From contig CAVVPN010000010.1 of assembly GCA_963750165.1 (NCBI GenBank), forward strand, positions 64,001 to 128,000: a DNA stretch of 64,000 nucleotides. The letters run 5' to 3'. A model generated the notes under the pieces. The model was not told where the DNA came from, did no database searches, and saw nothing but the letters and a program-made list of their open reading frames with translations. The position numbers and the translations under genes were made by a program. Positions 37,478-47,266 of the stretch are shown one piece after another (the first letter of the stretch is position 1; each line of letters opens with the position of its first letter). Source of the stretch: an uncultured Gemmataceae bacterium. GTDB taxonomy: Bacteria; Planctomycetota; Planctomycetia; Gemmatales; Gemmataceae.

Positions 37478-37480
37478 TCT

Positions 37481-37554
37481 TCGGAGCCCGAGCGCCTCCT
37501 GGTCGGAGCCCGCGCTGGCGCTCGGGCTCCGACCAGGAGGCGCTCGGGCTCTGA
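37481..37554. repeat. Nested family-B REP palindrome
   Basis: GGAGCCCGAGCGCCTCCTGGTCGGAGCCC / GGGCTCCGACCAGGAGGCGCTCGGGCTC. Confidence 0.8.
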
Positions 37555-37577
37555 CCAAACGTGTCGAAAGCCCTGCC

Positions 37578-38216
37578 ATGTCCGCACTCCAGCACCTGAA
37601 CCTCATCCACTTCCTGGATTTTTACCTGGTCTTTTTCTTCGTGCTCAGCACCGCCCGCTACTTCAAGCTGTACTGGGCCATCTGCCGCATCGCCTTCAGT
37701 GTGCCGGGCCGCTGGCCCAAACTGCTCGAACTCATCCGGGAGCACAGCACCATTCTGATGAGTTGGTCCACGCTGCTGCCGGGCGCGCTGGCGCTGCTGC
37801 TGTCGCTGATGCAGGTGGTCGCCTCGCGCGTCGTCTGGACGAACGCCGACCTGACCGCCGGCGACCTGGCGGCGCACTGGGCGTTCCTGTTCCTGATCGT
37901 GCCGGCGGCGCTGGTCATGTTCGCGGTGGACGTGTACAGCGTGGTGCTGCCGATGCCGCTGGACCGGCCGGCCATCGAGCAGTCGTTCGACCAGGCAGAG
38001 TACTGGCTGAACTCGCGGACGGCTCACGTGGTGCGCTGGTTCACGCTCGGCTACATCAACCCGCGTCGCAAGGTGGCCGCCGAGGTCCGCAAGGCCCTGA
38101 GCGCGGCCAGCGGCTACCTCAACCTGGCCCTGTGGGGCTGGTCGGTGCAGGTGGCGGCGCGCGTCGTCTGCGGCCTGAGCATCTGGCTGGCGTGGTGGTG
38201 GATCACCGGCGGCTGA
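37578..38216 (+). CDS. Hypothetical membrane protein
   Basis: About four hydrophobic segments. Confidence 0.75.
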   Translation: MSALQHLNLIHFLDFYLVFFFVLSTARYFKLYWAICRIAFSVPGRWPKLLELIREHSTILMSWSTLLPGALALLLSLMQVVASRVVWTNADLTAGDLAAHWAFLFLIVPAALVMFAVDVYSVVLPMPLDRPAIEQSFDQAEYWLNSRTAHVVRWFTLGYINPRRKVAAEVRKALSAASGYLNLALWGWSVQVAARVVCGLSIWLAWWWITGG

Positions 38217-38230
38217 GAGGAATTGCCCGA

Positions 38231-38336
38231 TTTATTCACCGCAGAGAACGCGGAGAGCGCAGAGAAAAGACCAAGAATGAACAATTCAACACTCTTTGCC
38301 TTTTCTCTGCGCTCTCCGCGGTCTCCACGGTGAATA
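38231..38336. repeat. REP-like inverted repeat, family C
   Basis: ATTCACCGCAGAGAACGCGGAGAGCGCAGAG / CTCTGCGCTCTCCGCGGTCTCCACGGTGAAT. Confidence 0.75.
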
Positions 38337-38343
38337 ATTCAGG

Positions 38344-39387
38344 CTAGCGCGCGCCCAGCAGTTCGGGCACCAGTTTCTCCAGTTTGCCGCGACCGTTGAG
38401 GGTGTGCAGGCGGCCCTGGCGGTCGAGGACGAACACCGCCGGAATGCCCTCCACGCCCCACTGCTCGGCCAGGCCGCGCGCGTCCGGCCCAACCGCTTGT
38501 GGCCAGCGCAGGGCCTGGGCCTTGACGTACTTCGTCAACTCGTCCTCGTCGCGGTCCAGACTGACACCGATGATCTCCAGCCCCTTCGCCTGGTATTTCT
38601 CGTAGAGCGCCTTCAACTTCGGCATCTCCGCCCGGCAGGGCGCGCACCATGTCGCCCAGAAGTCCAGCACCACCACCTTGCCGCGCAGGTTCTGGATGCT
38701 CAGCTTCCTGTCCGCACCGACCGGCGTGAACGCGAAGGTGAACTCCTTGCCGATGAACTGCTCGCGCTCAGCAACCCGGGCCAGCGCGTGAGTCGGCTGG
38801 TTTTTGGCCACCAGGTCAAGGATCAGGCGGCGCGTTTTGGCGTCGTCGGCGGCGTCGGCCAGCTGAACTACTTGCGCCGCCAGGTTGGCGGCCGGCCGGT
38901 ACTTTGGGTAGGTGGTCAGGAGTCCCTCAACGCGCGCGCGGATGGTGCTGGCGTTCTGATAATAGGTGTTCTTGATGTGTTCCTCGTCCCGGAGTCCCTT
39001 GAACATGTCCTGGAGTTCGCGCAGCGCCAGGAACAGGTCGCCCTGGGCGGCAAAGTCGGAGCCCTTCGGCGCCCGGTCGCGCAGATTCCGGGCCACCTCG
39101 GCGGCGCCGTCAGCCGGCTCGCGGGTCAGTGTCATGGCCTTGAGGGCCTGGGCGCGGGCCTCGTTGAGCAGCGGACTCTGCGGGTAGTTTGACTCGAACT
39201 CTTTCAACAGTTCCCGGGCCTGCTCGGCGCGCTTCTTTCTGGCGGCCTCGTCCGACTTCTCGGTTTTGCTGTTGGGCGGGTCGGTGAGCTTGTTCAGTTC
39301 GGTCAACAGCTGCTGATCGCTACGCTGGTTGCAGCCGGTGACCAGCGCGGCCGCGGCGCACAGGGCGAGGAGCACCCGGAATTTCAT
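38344..39387 (-). CDS. TlpA family disulfide reductase lipoprotein
   Basis: Lipobox LVTGC; GKVVVLDFWATWCAPC, GVSLD, GIPAVFVLD. Confidence 0.9.
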   Translation of the reverse strand: MKFRVLLALCAAAALVTGCNQRSDQQLLTELNKLTDPPNSKTEKSDEAARKKRAEQARELLKEFESNYPQSPLLNEARAQALKAMTLTREPADGAAEVARNLRDRAPKGSDFAAQGDLFLALRELQDMFKGLRDEEHIKNTYYQNASTIRARVEGLLTTYPKYRPAANLAAQVVQLADAADDAKTRRLILDLVAKNQPTHALARVAEREQFIGKEFTFAFTPVGADRKLSIQNLRGKVVVLDFWATWCAPCRAEMPKLKALYEKYQAKGLEIIGVSLDRDEDELTKYVKAQALRWPQAVGPDARGLAEQWGVEGIPAVFVLDRQGRLHTLNGRGKLEKLVPELLGAR

Positions 39388-39416
39388 GGCACGACTCCCG
39401 CAGTGCGGCACGCAGG

Positions 39417-39462
39417 AAAAGGCCCCGGCGGGCGCGGGGAACACCCTTGCGCCCGCCGGGGC
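39417..39462 (-). terminator. Intrinsic terminator
   Basis: GCCCCGGCGGGCGC/GCGCCCGCCGGGGC stem followed by CTTTT, downstream of the 39497 stop. Confidence 0.65.
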
Positions 39463-39496
39463 TGACGACTGCGCTGCCGCGACCGCGTCGTCGCCC

Positions 39497-40255
39497 TCAA
39501 TGCTGATAATACCAGGACATGCCCGACAATTCAGGCTGGGCGGCCTGCATAAACTCGCGAGCCACCGCCAGGCGGTTGCCGCCGTCGGCGTTGAAGCGGG
39601 TCAACCAGCCCTGGACCTCCTGGGGGTTGGGCGTGCGGCCGAGCACTGTTTGGTACAGGCCGGTGACGAACCCGGGCGGGGTGCCGCCGCGCTCCGTCCA
39701 GAATTCGGGGCTGGCGAGCATGGCCGCCTGCACGTCTCCCTCGGAGGCGCCGTTGCGCAGCTGGTTGACCCAGTTGGCCATGCCGGCGGCGTCCGGGTAG
39801 CGACCCAGAAAGCGATTGTACCAGCTGGCCACCAGTTCCACGTAGGGGTCGCCCGAGCCCTGCACCGGCTTTGATTGGAACTGAATGCCCCAGGGCTGAT
39901 ACGGGATCGCCGACGTGGTCAGAGCGCCGGTGCGCGTGCGGATGGCGCGAATGGCTTCCCGGGCCTCGCGGCGGACGTGCTGGTCCGGATCCTGGATGGC
40001 GGCCCGTGCCAGCGCCGGAATGGCGCTCGCATTACCGCTCTGACCGAGCTGCCGCGCGGCCTGGGCACGGTCGCCGTCGCGGCGGTCGGTCAGCAGCTCG
40101 TTAATCAGACGGTTGTTGCCGATCAGCGGCGGCGCCGACAGTGGGTAATTGTTATAGGTCAATTGGGCCCCGGCTGGGCCGGCGGTCAGCGCCAGCGCTG
40201 CGACGGCCAGCAGGCCGGCGCTGGTTGATCGCAGCCAGGTGGCGGTGTTGCGCAT
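39497..40255 (-). CDS. Exported HEAT-repeat + DUF4214-like domain protein
   Basis: Signal peptide; RAQAARQLG..DPDQHVRREA; YNRFLGRYPD, LASPEF, LYQTVLGRTP. Confidence 0.8.
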   Translation of the reverse strand: MRNTATWLRSTSAGLLAVAALALTAGPAGAQLTYNNYPLSAPPLIGNNRLINELLTDRRDGDRAQAARQLGQSGNASAIPALARAAIQDPDQHVRREAREAIRAIRTRTGALTTSAIPYQPWGIQFQSKPVQGSGDPYVELVASWYNRFLGRYPDAAGMANWVNQLRNGASEGDVQAAMLASPEFWTERGGTPPGFVTGLYQTVLGRTPNPQEVQGWLTRFNADGGNRLAVAREFMQAAQPELSGMSWYYQH

Positions 40256-40316
40256 GGGTCACACTCCCTTCTTGTGGTGAACCAGGGCGAACCGTTTGGG
40301 TTCTTGAGAAGAAGGG

Positions 40317-40332
40317 TGCAATCCGTGTGCCG
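40317..40332 (-). promoter_or_regulatory. Putative sigma-54 promoter
   Basis: CGGCACACGGATTGCA = GG-N10-GC, about 60 bp upstream of 40255. Confidence 0.55.
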
Positions 40333-40338
40333 CCTGCA

Positions 40339-42252
40339 CTACGGGCCCACGTCCACCACCGCGAAGGCATCCGCCACGTCCGGCTGGTTGCCAACCGCCG
40401 ACCGCAGGATGAAGACGTGCCTGCCAACCCCGAGGTTGGCGGGAACCTGGAACGAGAACGCCCGCCGAGCGGTGGCCTCAGCCCCCACGTCCACGTTCCA
40501 GGACTGGTCCTTCATCAGCCCCCGGCCCTCCAGGGTGACGGTGACACGCTCCTTAACCTTCATGGGGTTCTCAACCACCAGGGCCCAGTCCAGGGTGGCC
40601 CCGGCCTTCGCCTTCTGCACCAGCGGTTCGGCGTGGACGCGGTGCGGGTTCCAGTCCTTCAGATGGTTGCCGGACACGCAGACGGCGTCCGCCGCCGTGG
40701 CCGACACCTTGCCCCACTGCACGCGACGGCGAAAATCCTCGGCGTCAAACTCGAACGGGCCGCCGTGCTCGGCCAGCACCCAGTCCGGCCGGGCGTCGAG
40801 CACCTTCTGCGCCGACGCCGCGTAGCTCAGCGGCCAGCTGCGGTTCAGGCCCATCCAGCCGCCGCTGCCGCTGTACTGGTCCTGGTGGAACCAGTTGTCC
40901 GCGGTGAAGTAGCAGCGCTTGCCGTCGATCACCGTCTCGACGCCCGAGGTGAACTCGCTCTGGCCGGGTAGGTGATGGAAGCGGAAACGGTACTCGCGCC
41001 AGGTGAGCGTGTCGCCGGCCTTTGGCGTGCGGTCGAACTTGACCGGCCGCGCGTCGAGGAACGGCGCCCGCAGTCGATACGGCTCCGCGATCGGCCCGGC
41101 GACGCGGTCCAGCGCCCAGATTTCAAACCTGTCGCGGCCGGGCAGGTCGTAAACACCGTCGTAGTGGTCATAGTGGGCGTGGCTGAACATCACCACTTCC
41201 AGCGGCCCGAGCTGCTGGTCCTTTTGCAGTTTGAGCACCTGGTCGGCGCTGCGCTTCGCCCACGGATCGACGACCAGGAACGCCTTCTGCTCCTTCGACA
41301 CGAGCACATAGGTGTTGCCGGTCAGCCACAGGCTCGGCGACACGCGCGTCCACGGCTTCGCGCCGTTCGACCCCGCCTGCTCCTTCGCCAGGAATTGATA
41401 CTGCGGCGCGTTGCCGAGCCGCTGTTTGGTGTAGCGCTCGAAGCTCTTCAGGAACGCCACCTCCTCGACGGCCACGGCGGTCTTCGTCAGCGCCGCGACG
41501 GGGTTCTTGTCGATGACGGGGCCGTGGGCCGGCAGCAGCAGCGCCGGCTTCAGGTCCGCCAGCTGCCGCAGCGATTGGGCGGTCGGCACCAGGCCGGCGT
41601 CGGTCCAGTGGTCCCAGTCGGTGGTGTACGGTGACCACAGCTTGCTGGGCCCCGCCAGCGCGTCGCCGCAGCAGACCAGCCACGGGTCGCCGGCCTGCTT
41701 GCGCAGCGCGAAGGCGAGGTGGTCGCGGGAGTGGCCGGGGGTGGCCACGACCTTCACGGTCCAGCCGCGCCAGGTGATGGTTTGGCCGTCGTCCAGGCTG
41801 CAATCGATCCCCTTGAGGCCGACCGGCAGCACAAGGTAAGCGGTGCGCGAGTTACGCAACGGCAGCGATTCCTGCCAGTATTTGCGGACACCCTCCGGCG
41901 TCAGCCACTCCGCCGCGGCCTTCGCCGCCCGCACCGGCACAGCGTCCGCCAGGAATTTCGCCACCGGGGCCGCGGCGCAGGTGTCGCGGTGATGGTGCGT
42001 CAGCAGTACCAGTTCGACTTTCTTGACGCCGTGCGCCGCCAGGCCGTCGGGGCTGCGCGGCGCGTCGATGAGCAGCGCCCGGTCGCCGTCGAGCAGAGCG
42101 TAGCCGGCCGGCAGCTGGGCGGAGCGCAACAGCCCTGGCGCGACCTCGACCCAGCCGGCCGCGGGCTGCGGCTGCTCGCCGCGGCGGCCGAACCAGGCGG
42201 CGCCGCCCACGAGGGCCAGACAGAGGATGCCAGCGAACCAACGGTGGCTCAT
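40339..42252 (-). CDS. Tandem MBL-fold metallo-hydrolase
   Basis: THHHRD..TPGHS..PAHG and SHAHYDH..PGQS..AEHG. Confidence 0.85.
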   Translation of the reverse strand: MSHRWFAGILCLALVGGAAWFGRRGEQPQPAAGWVEVAPGLLRSAQLPAGYALLDGDRALLIDAPRSPDGLAAHGVKKVELVLLTHHHRDTCAAAPVAKFLADAVPVRAAKAAAEWLTPEGVRKYWQESLPLRNSRTAYLVLPVGLKGIDCSLDDGQTITWRGWTVKVVATPGHSRDHLAFALRKQAGDPWLVCCGDALAGPSKLWSPYTTDWDHWTDAGLVPTAQSLRQLADLKPALLLPAHGPVIDKNPVAALTKTAVAVEEVAFLKSFERYTKQRLGNAPQYQFLAKEQAGSNGAKPWTRVSPSLWLTGNTYVLVSKEQKAFLVVDPWAKRSADQVLKLQKDQQLGPLEVVMFSHAHYDHYDGVYDLPGRDRFEIWALDRVAGPIAEPYRLRAPFLDARPVKFDRTPKAGDTLTWREYRFRFHHLPGQSEFTSGVETVIDGKRCYFTADNWFHQDQYSGSGGWMGLNRSWPLSYAASAQKVLDARPDWVLAEHGGPFEFDAEDFRRRVQWGKVSATAADAVCVSGNHLKDWNPHRVHAEPLVQKAKAGATLDWALVVENPMKVKERVTVTLEGRGLMKDQSWNVDVGAEATARRAFSFQVPANLGVGRHVFILRSAVGNQPDVADAFAVVDVGP

Positions 42253-42501
42253 GGTCGTTGCTCCCTTCGATCAAAAGATGGGCGGTGCCCCTCCGGATTA
42301 TCTTAATCCAGATTCCTCCGTCCGCCTCTTTGAATCCCCAGGACCGTTCGCTTCCTGCCTCCGGGAGGGAACTCCCCACCAGGGGTAGCGAGCAAAAAGC
42401 GAACAACCCTGTCTGAATCTCCTGATTTGCTTGCCGGAGGGTGCTGCGCGGTAAAAGGGGCAAGGCATCCGCCCCATTGATACCGTACCAGGAGATGACT
42501 G

Positions 42502-43734
42502 ATGCGTTACCGCATTCTGATACTCGTGGCGCTGGCGTGCGTGGCTTCGACCACGGCGGCGGACTGGCCAGGCTTCCGCGGCCCGCACGGCAACGGCGTC
42601 GCGGACGAAAAGACGCTGCCGCTCAGGTGGGGCCCGGACGAGAACGTCGCCTGGAAGGTGGCATTGCCTGGGCCGGGCGCTTCCAGCCCGGTCGTCTGGG
42701 GCGACCGTGTGTTCGTGACGGCCTCCACGGGCGTCAAGGCCAGCGAACTGGTCCGGCACGTGCTCTGCTTCGACCGCAAGACCGGCAAGAAACTGTGGCA
42801 GAAGTCGTTCCCCGCGCCGCTGCCGGAGAACGACTTAAAGGGCCAGGTGACGCAGCACGGCTTCACCACGAGCACGCCGGCAACGGACGGCCAGCGGCTG
42901 TATGTCTCGTTCGGCCGCGGCGGACTGCACGTGCTGGACCTGGACGGCAAGCCGCTGTGGCACGCGGACCTGGGCGAGGGCACCATCGTGTTCGGCTCGG
43001 GCTCCAGCCCGCTGCTGGTGGGCGACACGGTGGTGGTCAACGCCTACACGGAGTCGCAGCAGTTGCTGGCGTTCGAGAAATCGACCGGCAAACGCATGTG
43101 GGCGACGCCGCTGCGTGGCATGTGCTGGTCCACGCCGGTGCTGGCGGCGGGGCCTGGGGGCAAACAGGAAATCATCCTGAACCAGAACGCGGGGCTGCGC
43201 GGCTTCGACGCGGAGACGGGCAAAGACCTGTGGAGCGTGGACAACGTGCCGACCTACAATAGCTCGACGCCAGTGGTGCGCGGCGGCGTCATTTACGCCA
43301 TGAACCAGGGCATGGGCGACCGCGAATTCGTGGCGGTGAAGGCCGGCGGCCGCGGCGACGTGACGAAGACCCACATCGTCTGGTCGCAGAGCAAGGCGGG
43401 GGCGAGTTACACGTCGCCGCTGCTGGCCGGCGACCGGCTGTTCTACTTCAGCGGCCAGGCGTTCGTCCTGCGGGCGCGCGACGGTCAACTGGTGACGAAG
43501 AAAACGCTGCAGGGGCTGAAAGGGCAGTACGGTTCGCCGATCCTGGTGGGCGACAAGATTCTGATCTTCGCGCGCCACGGCGGCGCCTATGTGCTATCGG
43601 CGGATGATAAATTGCAGGTGCTGGCCCACAACACGCTGGGCGACGACAGCGATTTTAACGCCAGCCCGGCCCTGGTCGGCGGGCAGATTTTCATCCGCTC
43701 GAACCAGTATCTTTACTGCATCGGCAAGAAGTGA
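42502..43734 (+). CDS. PQQ-binding-like beta-propeller protein
   Basis: ADWPGFRGP, SSPVVWGDRVF, ASPAL..IFIRS..LYCIG. Confidence 0.9.
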   Translation: MRYRILILVALACVASTTAADWPGFRGPHGNGVADEKTLPLRWGPDENVAWKVALPGPGASSPVVWGDRVFVTASTGVKASELVRHVLCFDRKTGKKLWQKSFPAPLPENDLKGQVTQHGFTTSTPATDGQRLYVSFGRGGLHVLDLDGKPLWHADLGEGTIVFGSGSSPLLVGDTVVVNAYTESQQLLAFEKSTGKRMWATPLRGMCWSTPVLAAGPGGKQEIILNQNAGLRGFDAETGKDLWSVDNVPTYNSSTPVVRGGVIYAMNQGMGDREFVAVKAGGRGDVTKTHIVWSQSKAGASYTSPLLAGDRLFYFSGQAFVLRARDGQLVTKKTLQGLKGQYGSPILVGDKILIFARHGGAYVLSADDKLQVLAHNTLGDDSDFNASPALVGGQIFIRSNQYLYCIGKK

Positions 43735-43794
43735 TCGGCGGTAAGACCGACCGTCACGGATGTTGGGGTGGGCGTTCCCATCAGGGTCGTTTTT

Positions 43795-43912
43795 ACGCCG
43801 AAGGCGTAGTATCCCAGAGCCCAGGGTCGCGCAGCGCACCCTGGGGAAACGGGCGACGGGCGGCCGGCTTGGCTTTGTGTCTAGTGACATTGTTCCACCC
43901 CTTCGGGGCGAA
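43795..43912. repeat. REP-like element, family F
   Basis: ACGCCGAAGGCGT, CCCAGGG..CCCTGGG and CCCTTCGGGG hairpins. Confidence 0.5.
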
Positions 43913-43988
43913 GATCGAGCAGGTTCTCACTGCCGTTCTCATCAGTGTGCGTTCAAGAGCGACATTCGAACAAGAACTTTGATCTCTC

Positions 43989-46016
43989 ATGACCTCGCGC
44001 GGCCTCGGCTTTCTGATCGTCGTCCTCGGCCTCCTGGCGTTCACGCTCTGGAGCAGCACGCCCGCCATTGCGCTGCTGTGTCTGACGCTGCTCGTCTGGT
44101 TCCTCGGCAGCTGGCTGGTGTTCGCGGTGCAGTTGCGGCTGCACCTGGGCCGGCTGCGCTGCACCCGCGAGCTGCGCGACGAGCGCGGCGGTGTCGAGAG
44201 CCTTTGGGCCGGTCGCACCTACAGCGTCCGCGTCATCGTCCACAGTGATGGCATTGCGCCGTCGCCCTACCTCCGCGCCACCGACCGCCTGCCCTTCGGC
44301 GTCGTCCAGCGCGGCGGCGATGCCACGATTGACGGCCACCTCGATGTCGAGGAATCGCTGGAGTTCGTCTACCAGATCACCAGTCCCGGCCCCGGCAAGC
44401 TGCGCTTCGAGGGCGTCCGCGTTCAGTTCGCCGATGTGCAGGGCTTTTTCAGCTACACGCTGTTCCTGCACGAGCCGCGCGAGTACCGTGTGCTGCCAGC
44501 CCTGGCCGACGTCGATGGCCACTACCCGACCGTCAAGCGCCTCAATCTACTGCCGTTGATGGGCATGCACCGCCATCGACGGCCCGGCTCCGGCAGCGAA
44601 CTGCTCGACCTGCGCGACTACCTGCCTGGCGACCCGCCCAAGATGATCGCCTGGAAAGCGTCCGCCCGCCGCGACCGCCTCATGACCAAGGAGTTCGAGA
44701 GCGAGGTGCCCATCCGCTGCACCCTGTTCGTCGATCAGTCCGCGTCGGTGCGGCTCGGGCTGCCGGGCCAGAACCTGCTCGGCCGGCTGGTGCAGGTCAG
44801 CGCCGCCGTCGCCCAGGCCAGCGCCGGCGCCCGCGACCTGCCCGGCCTGTGCCTGTTCGACGAGCACGGCGTCAAAATCCTCCGCCCCGCCCGTAGCCGT
44901 CGCCACCTCATCCAGATGTTCAGCCATCTCGCCGACGCCGCGGCCCTGCCCACTCCGCCAGTGCCGGGGCCGCCCGAACGGCTGCTGCCGCTGGCCTACG
45001 CCCTTGCCGAAGAGGTCTACCCCGAACTGGTCCGCAATGATGTGAACCAGGTGCCCGCCTGGCTGCCCTGGCTCGTGCCGACGCCGGCCTGGGACCGCCG
45101 GCCGCCAACCACCGCCGGCCGGGTGTACGACGTGGCGTTTACCGTCGTCGTCGTGGTGCTGCTCGCGGCCCTGGTCGTGTACCTGGCGCGGACGCCGCTG
45201 CTCGAATTCCTGCTGTTCGCCTACAGCTACCTGGAAGCCGTCATCGGCGAGGTCGTTTCGCCCACGCTGCGGACGCCGGTGGCCCTGCTCGGCGCCGGGT
45301 CGCTGCTGCTGGCGTTCGGCACGACCGTGTTCCGCCGCTGCCGATTCATCTACGAGGCACTGCCGCTGCTCTTCAGCCCCGGCCGGCGCCGGCTCACGGT
45401 GATGCGCAAGCGCCTGGCGGCGCTGTTCGCGGTGCGCTACGGGTTGGCCCCCGGCGGCCTGGCGGCGCTGCTGGAGGACGACGCCGCCTTCACGCCGCTG
45501 CTGCAACGCTTCCTGGCCGAGCATCGCGTGCCGTACCCCGAACCGTTGTACGCGGCCGACGGCCGCTTCGCCTTCGCGGCGCCGGCCAAGATCGACGTGC
45601 TGGCCGCGGCGCTGGTGCGGGCCGTCGGCCGCGGCCGCGACAACGAACTGTTCGTGCTGTTTGCCGACCTGCTCGAACTGGACGACCGGCTCGGGCCGCT
45701 GCTGGCCGCGGTGCGCGTCGCGGTCGCTCGCCATCATCAGGTGCTGGTGTTCTGTCCGTGGCCGGACGGTCTGCCGCTGCCGCCCGCCGACGCCGAACCG
45801 CCGCCGACCGTCGCGCCCGCCGAGTTGCTGCGGCTGCCGCTGGCGGCCGCCCTGGCGCGGATCAGCGCCGCCCGCTATCACCGGGCGTTCTTCACGCTGC
45901 GGCGGGCGTTCGCCAAACTGGGCGTGCCGGTCCTGTGTGCCGCCGAGGCTGATCCAGTGCAGATCATCCTCGACCGCATGGAACGGTTGCGCGGCCTGCG
46001 GAGGGCCCGGCGATGA
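43989..46016 (+). CDS. DUF58 domain-containing membrane protein
   Basis: GSGSELLDLRDYLPGD..IAWKASAR..KEFE, VDQSAS. Confidence 0.88.
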   Translation: MTSRGLGFLIVVLGLLAFTLWSSTPAIALLCLTLLVWFLGSWLVFAVQLRLHLGRLRCTRELRDERGGVESLWAGRTYSVRVIVHSDGIAPSPYLRATDRLPFGVVQRGGDATIDGHLDVEESLEFVYQITSPGPGKLRFEGVRVQFADVQGFFSYTLFLHEPREYRVLPALADVDGHYPTVKRLNLLPLMGMHRHRRPGSGSELLDLRDYLPGDPPKMIAWKASARRDRLMTKEFESEVPIRCTLFVDQSASVRLGLPGQNLLGRLVQVSAAVAQASAGARDLPGLCLFDEHGVKILRPARSRRHLIQMFSHLADAAALPTPPVPGPPERLLPLAYALAEEVYPELVRNDVNQVPAWLPWLVPTPAWDRRPPTTAGRVYDVAFTVVVVVLLAALVVYLARTPLLEFLLFAYSYLEAVIGEVVSPTLRTPVALLGAGSLLLAFGTTVFRRCRFIYEALPLLFSPGRRRLTVMRKRLAALFAVRYGLAPGGLAALLEDDAAFTPLLQRFLAEHRVPYPEPLYAADGRFAFAAPAKIDVLAAALVRAVGRGRDNELFVLFADLLELDDRLGPLLAAVRVAVARHHQVLVFCPWPDGLPLPPADAEPPPTVAPAELLRLPLAAALARISAARYHRAFFTLRRAFAKLGVPVLCAAEADPVQIILDRMERLRGLRRARR

Positions 46017-46830
46017 CCACCCCCACCCCAACCGCCGAACCCGCGGAAAGCGCCCCATTCCTGGCGGTGACGAACTACGTGCTGCTGTGCGTGGGCGGCC
46101 TGGTCGGTGTGCTGCTGGCCGAGCTGGATCGGCTGGGGAGCATCCGCGGCGTGGCGACGCTGCTGGCCTTGCTGATCGGACTGGGCGGTGTGCTGTCGCG
46201 CACACGGATGACGCCGATTCTGTTCCTGCTGGTGCTGGCGCTGGGCCAGGTGGCTCAGCAAATGCTGTTCGAGGGGCGGCTCGGCGAACACCGGCGCGTG
46301 TACGTTTTCCGGCCAACGGACCTGCTGCTCTGCGCCGCGGCGCTGGCGTTCGTGATCGGCCATTATCGGCTTCAGGGGCTGACGCGGCGGCTGCTGCCGG
46401 CGGACCCGCGCGAGCCGCTGTCGCAGCCAGAATGGGACTGGTGGGCGCTGGCCCGGGTGGCGAAGTTGATGACGCATCGGCGGTCGGCGCACCTGGTCGG
46501 CAGCAGCGAGTTCGGGCTGGTGGCGCTGGCGGTGCTGCTGAGCGTGGCGCTGGCGCTGGCGGCCTGGGTGGCGCTGGTGCAGGCCGGCAACGTGCTCGGC
46601 CTGGAGCCGAACCTCGGTCGCCTCGTCCTGCTGGGCTGGGTGCTGGCGGTCGGCGGCTACGTGACGGCGGCGGGGCTGGGTTACTGGCGGCGCTGCCGGA
46701 TGTCCCGCGCGCAGGCGCTGCTGGTGTTACAGGACGTGGTGTGGCGCGCGACGCGCCAGGAGCAACGGCACCTGAACCGCGACGCGGCGCGGTGCGCTGG
46801 CGGCGGGCACGGCGAAAGGATCGGTCATGA
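46013..46830 (+). CDS. Hypothetical membrane protein (probable frameshift near 46780)
   Basis: Multiple TMs; ATGA overlaps at both ends if the basic tail frame ending 46830 is used. Confidence 0.65.
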
Positions 46831-47111
46831 TGTGGCTCAAACTGGGCGGCGCGGTGGCGTTCGTGCTCGACCGTCTGGCGTTCTGGCTGCGCGAGTGCGC
46901 GGGCTGGCTGCTGATCCTGATCGGACTGTACGTCTTTTACGTGACGCTGGCGGTGCTGTTGACGGACAGGCCGTACCTCATCGAGGCCATTTTCCTGACG
47001 ATCATCGGCGTGATGGTGTTTCGCGGCGGTGTGCAGTTGCTAAAGGTGTCGGTGGCGGGACGCATGTGTCTGCGGGCGCAGGCAGCTGCCGGAGGAGGAG
47101 CGCGGCCGTGA
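46827..47111 (+). CDS. Small membrane protein
   Basis: Two TMs, FRGG motif. Confidence 0.7.
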   Translation: MMWLKLGGAVAFVLDRLAFWLRECAGWLLILIGLYVFYVTLAVLLTDRPYLIEAIFLTIIGVMVFRGGVQLLKVSVAGRMCLRAQAAAGGGARP

Positions 47112-47141
47112 GCCGAAGCCGGTGCGGCGGACGTAGAAGAT

Positions 47142-47266
47142 GAGGGGGTGAAGGGGTGAGGGGGTGAAAGCAGTTGTCTTGTCACCCCCTCACCCCTTCT
47201 CTGTTGTGGCCTGGTTTCCGGACCAGGCCACAACGGGGGGTGACAGACAAGTGCTATCACCCCTTC
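47142..47266. repeat. Iterated GGGGTGA / TCACCCC inverted elements (family G)
   Basis: Two adjacent hairpins built from GGGGTGA units between convergent genes. Confidence 0.55.
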
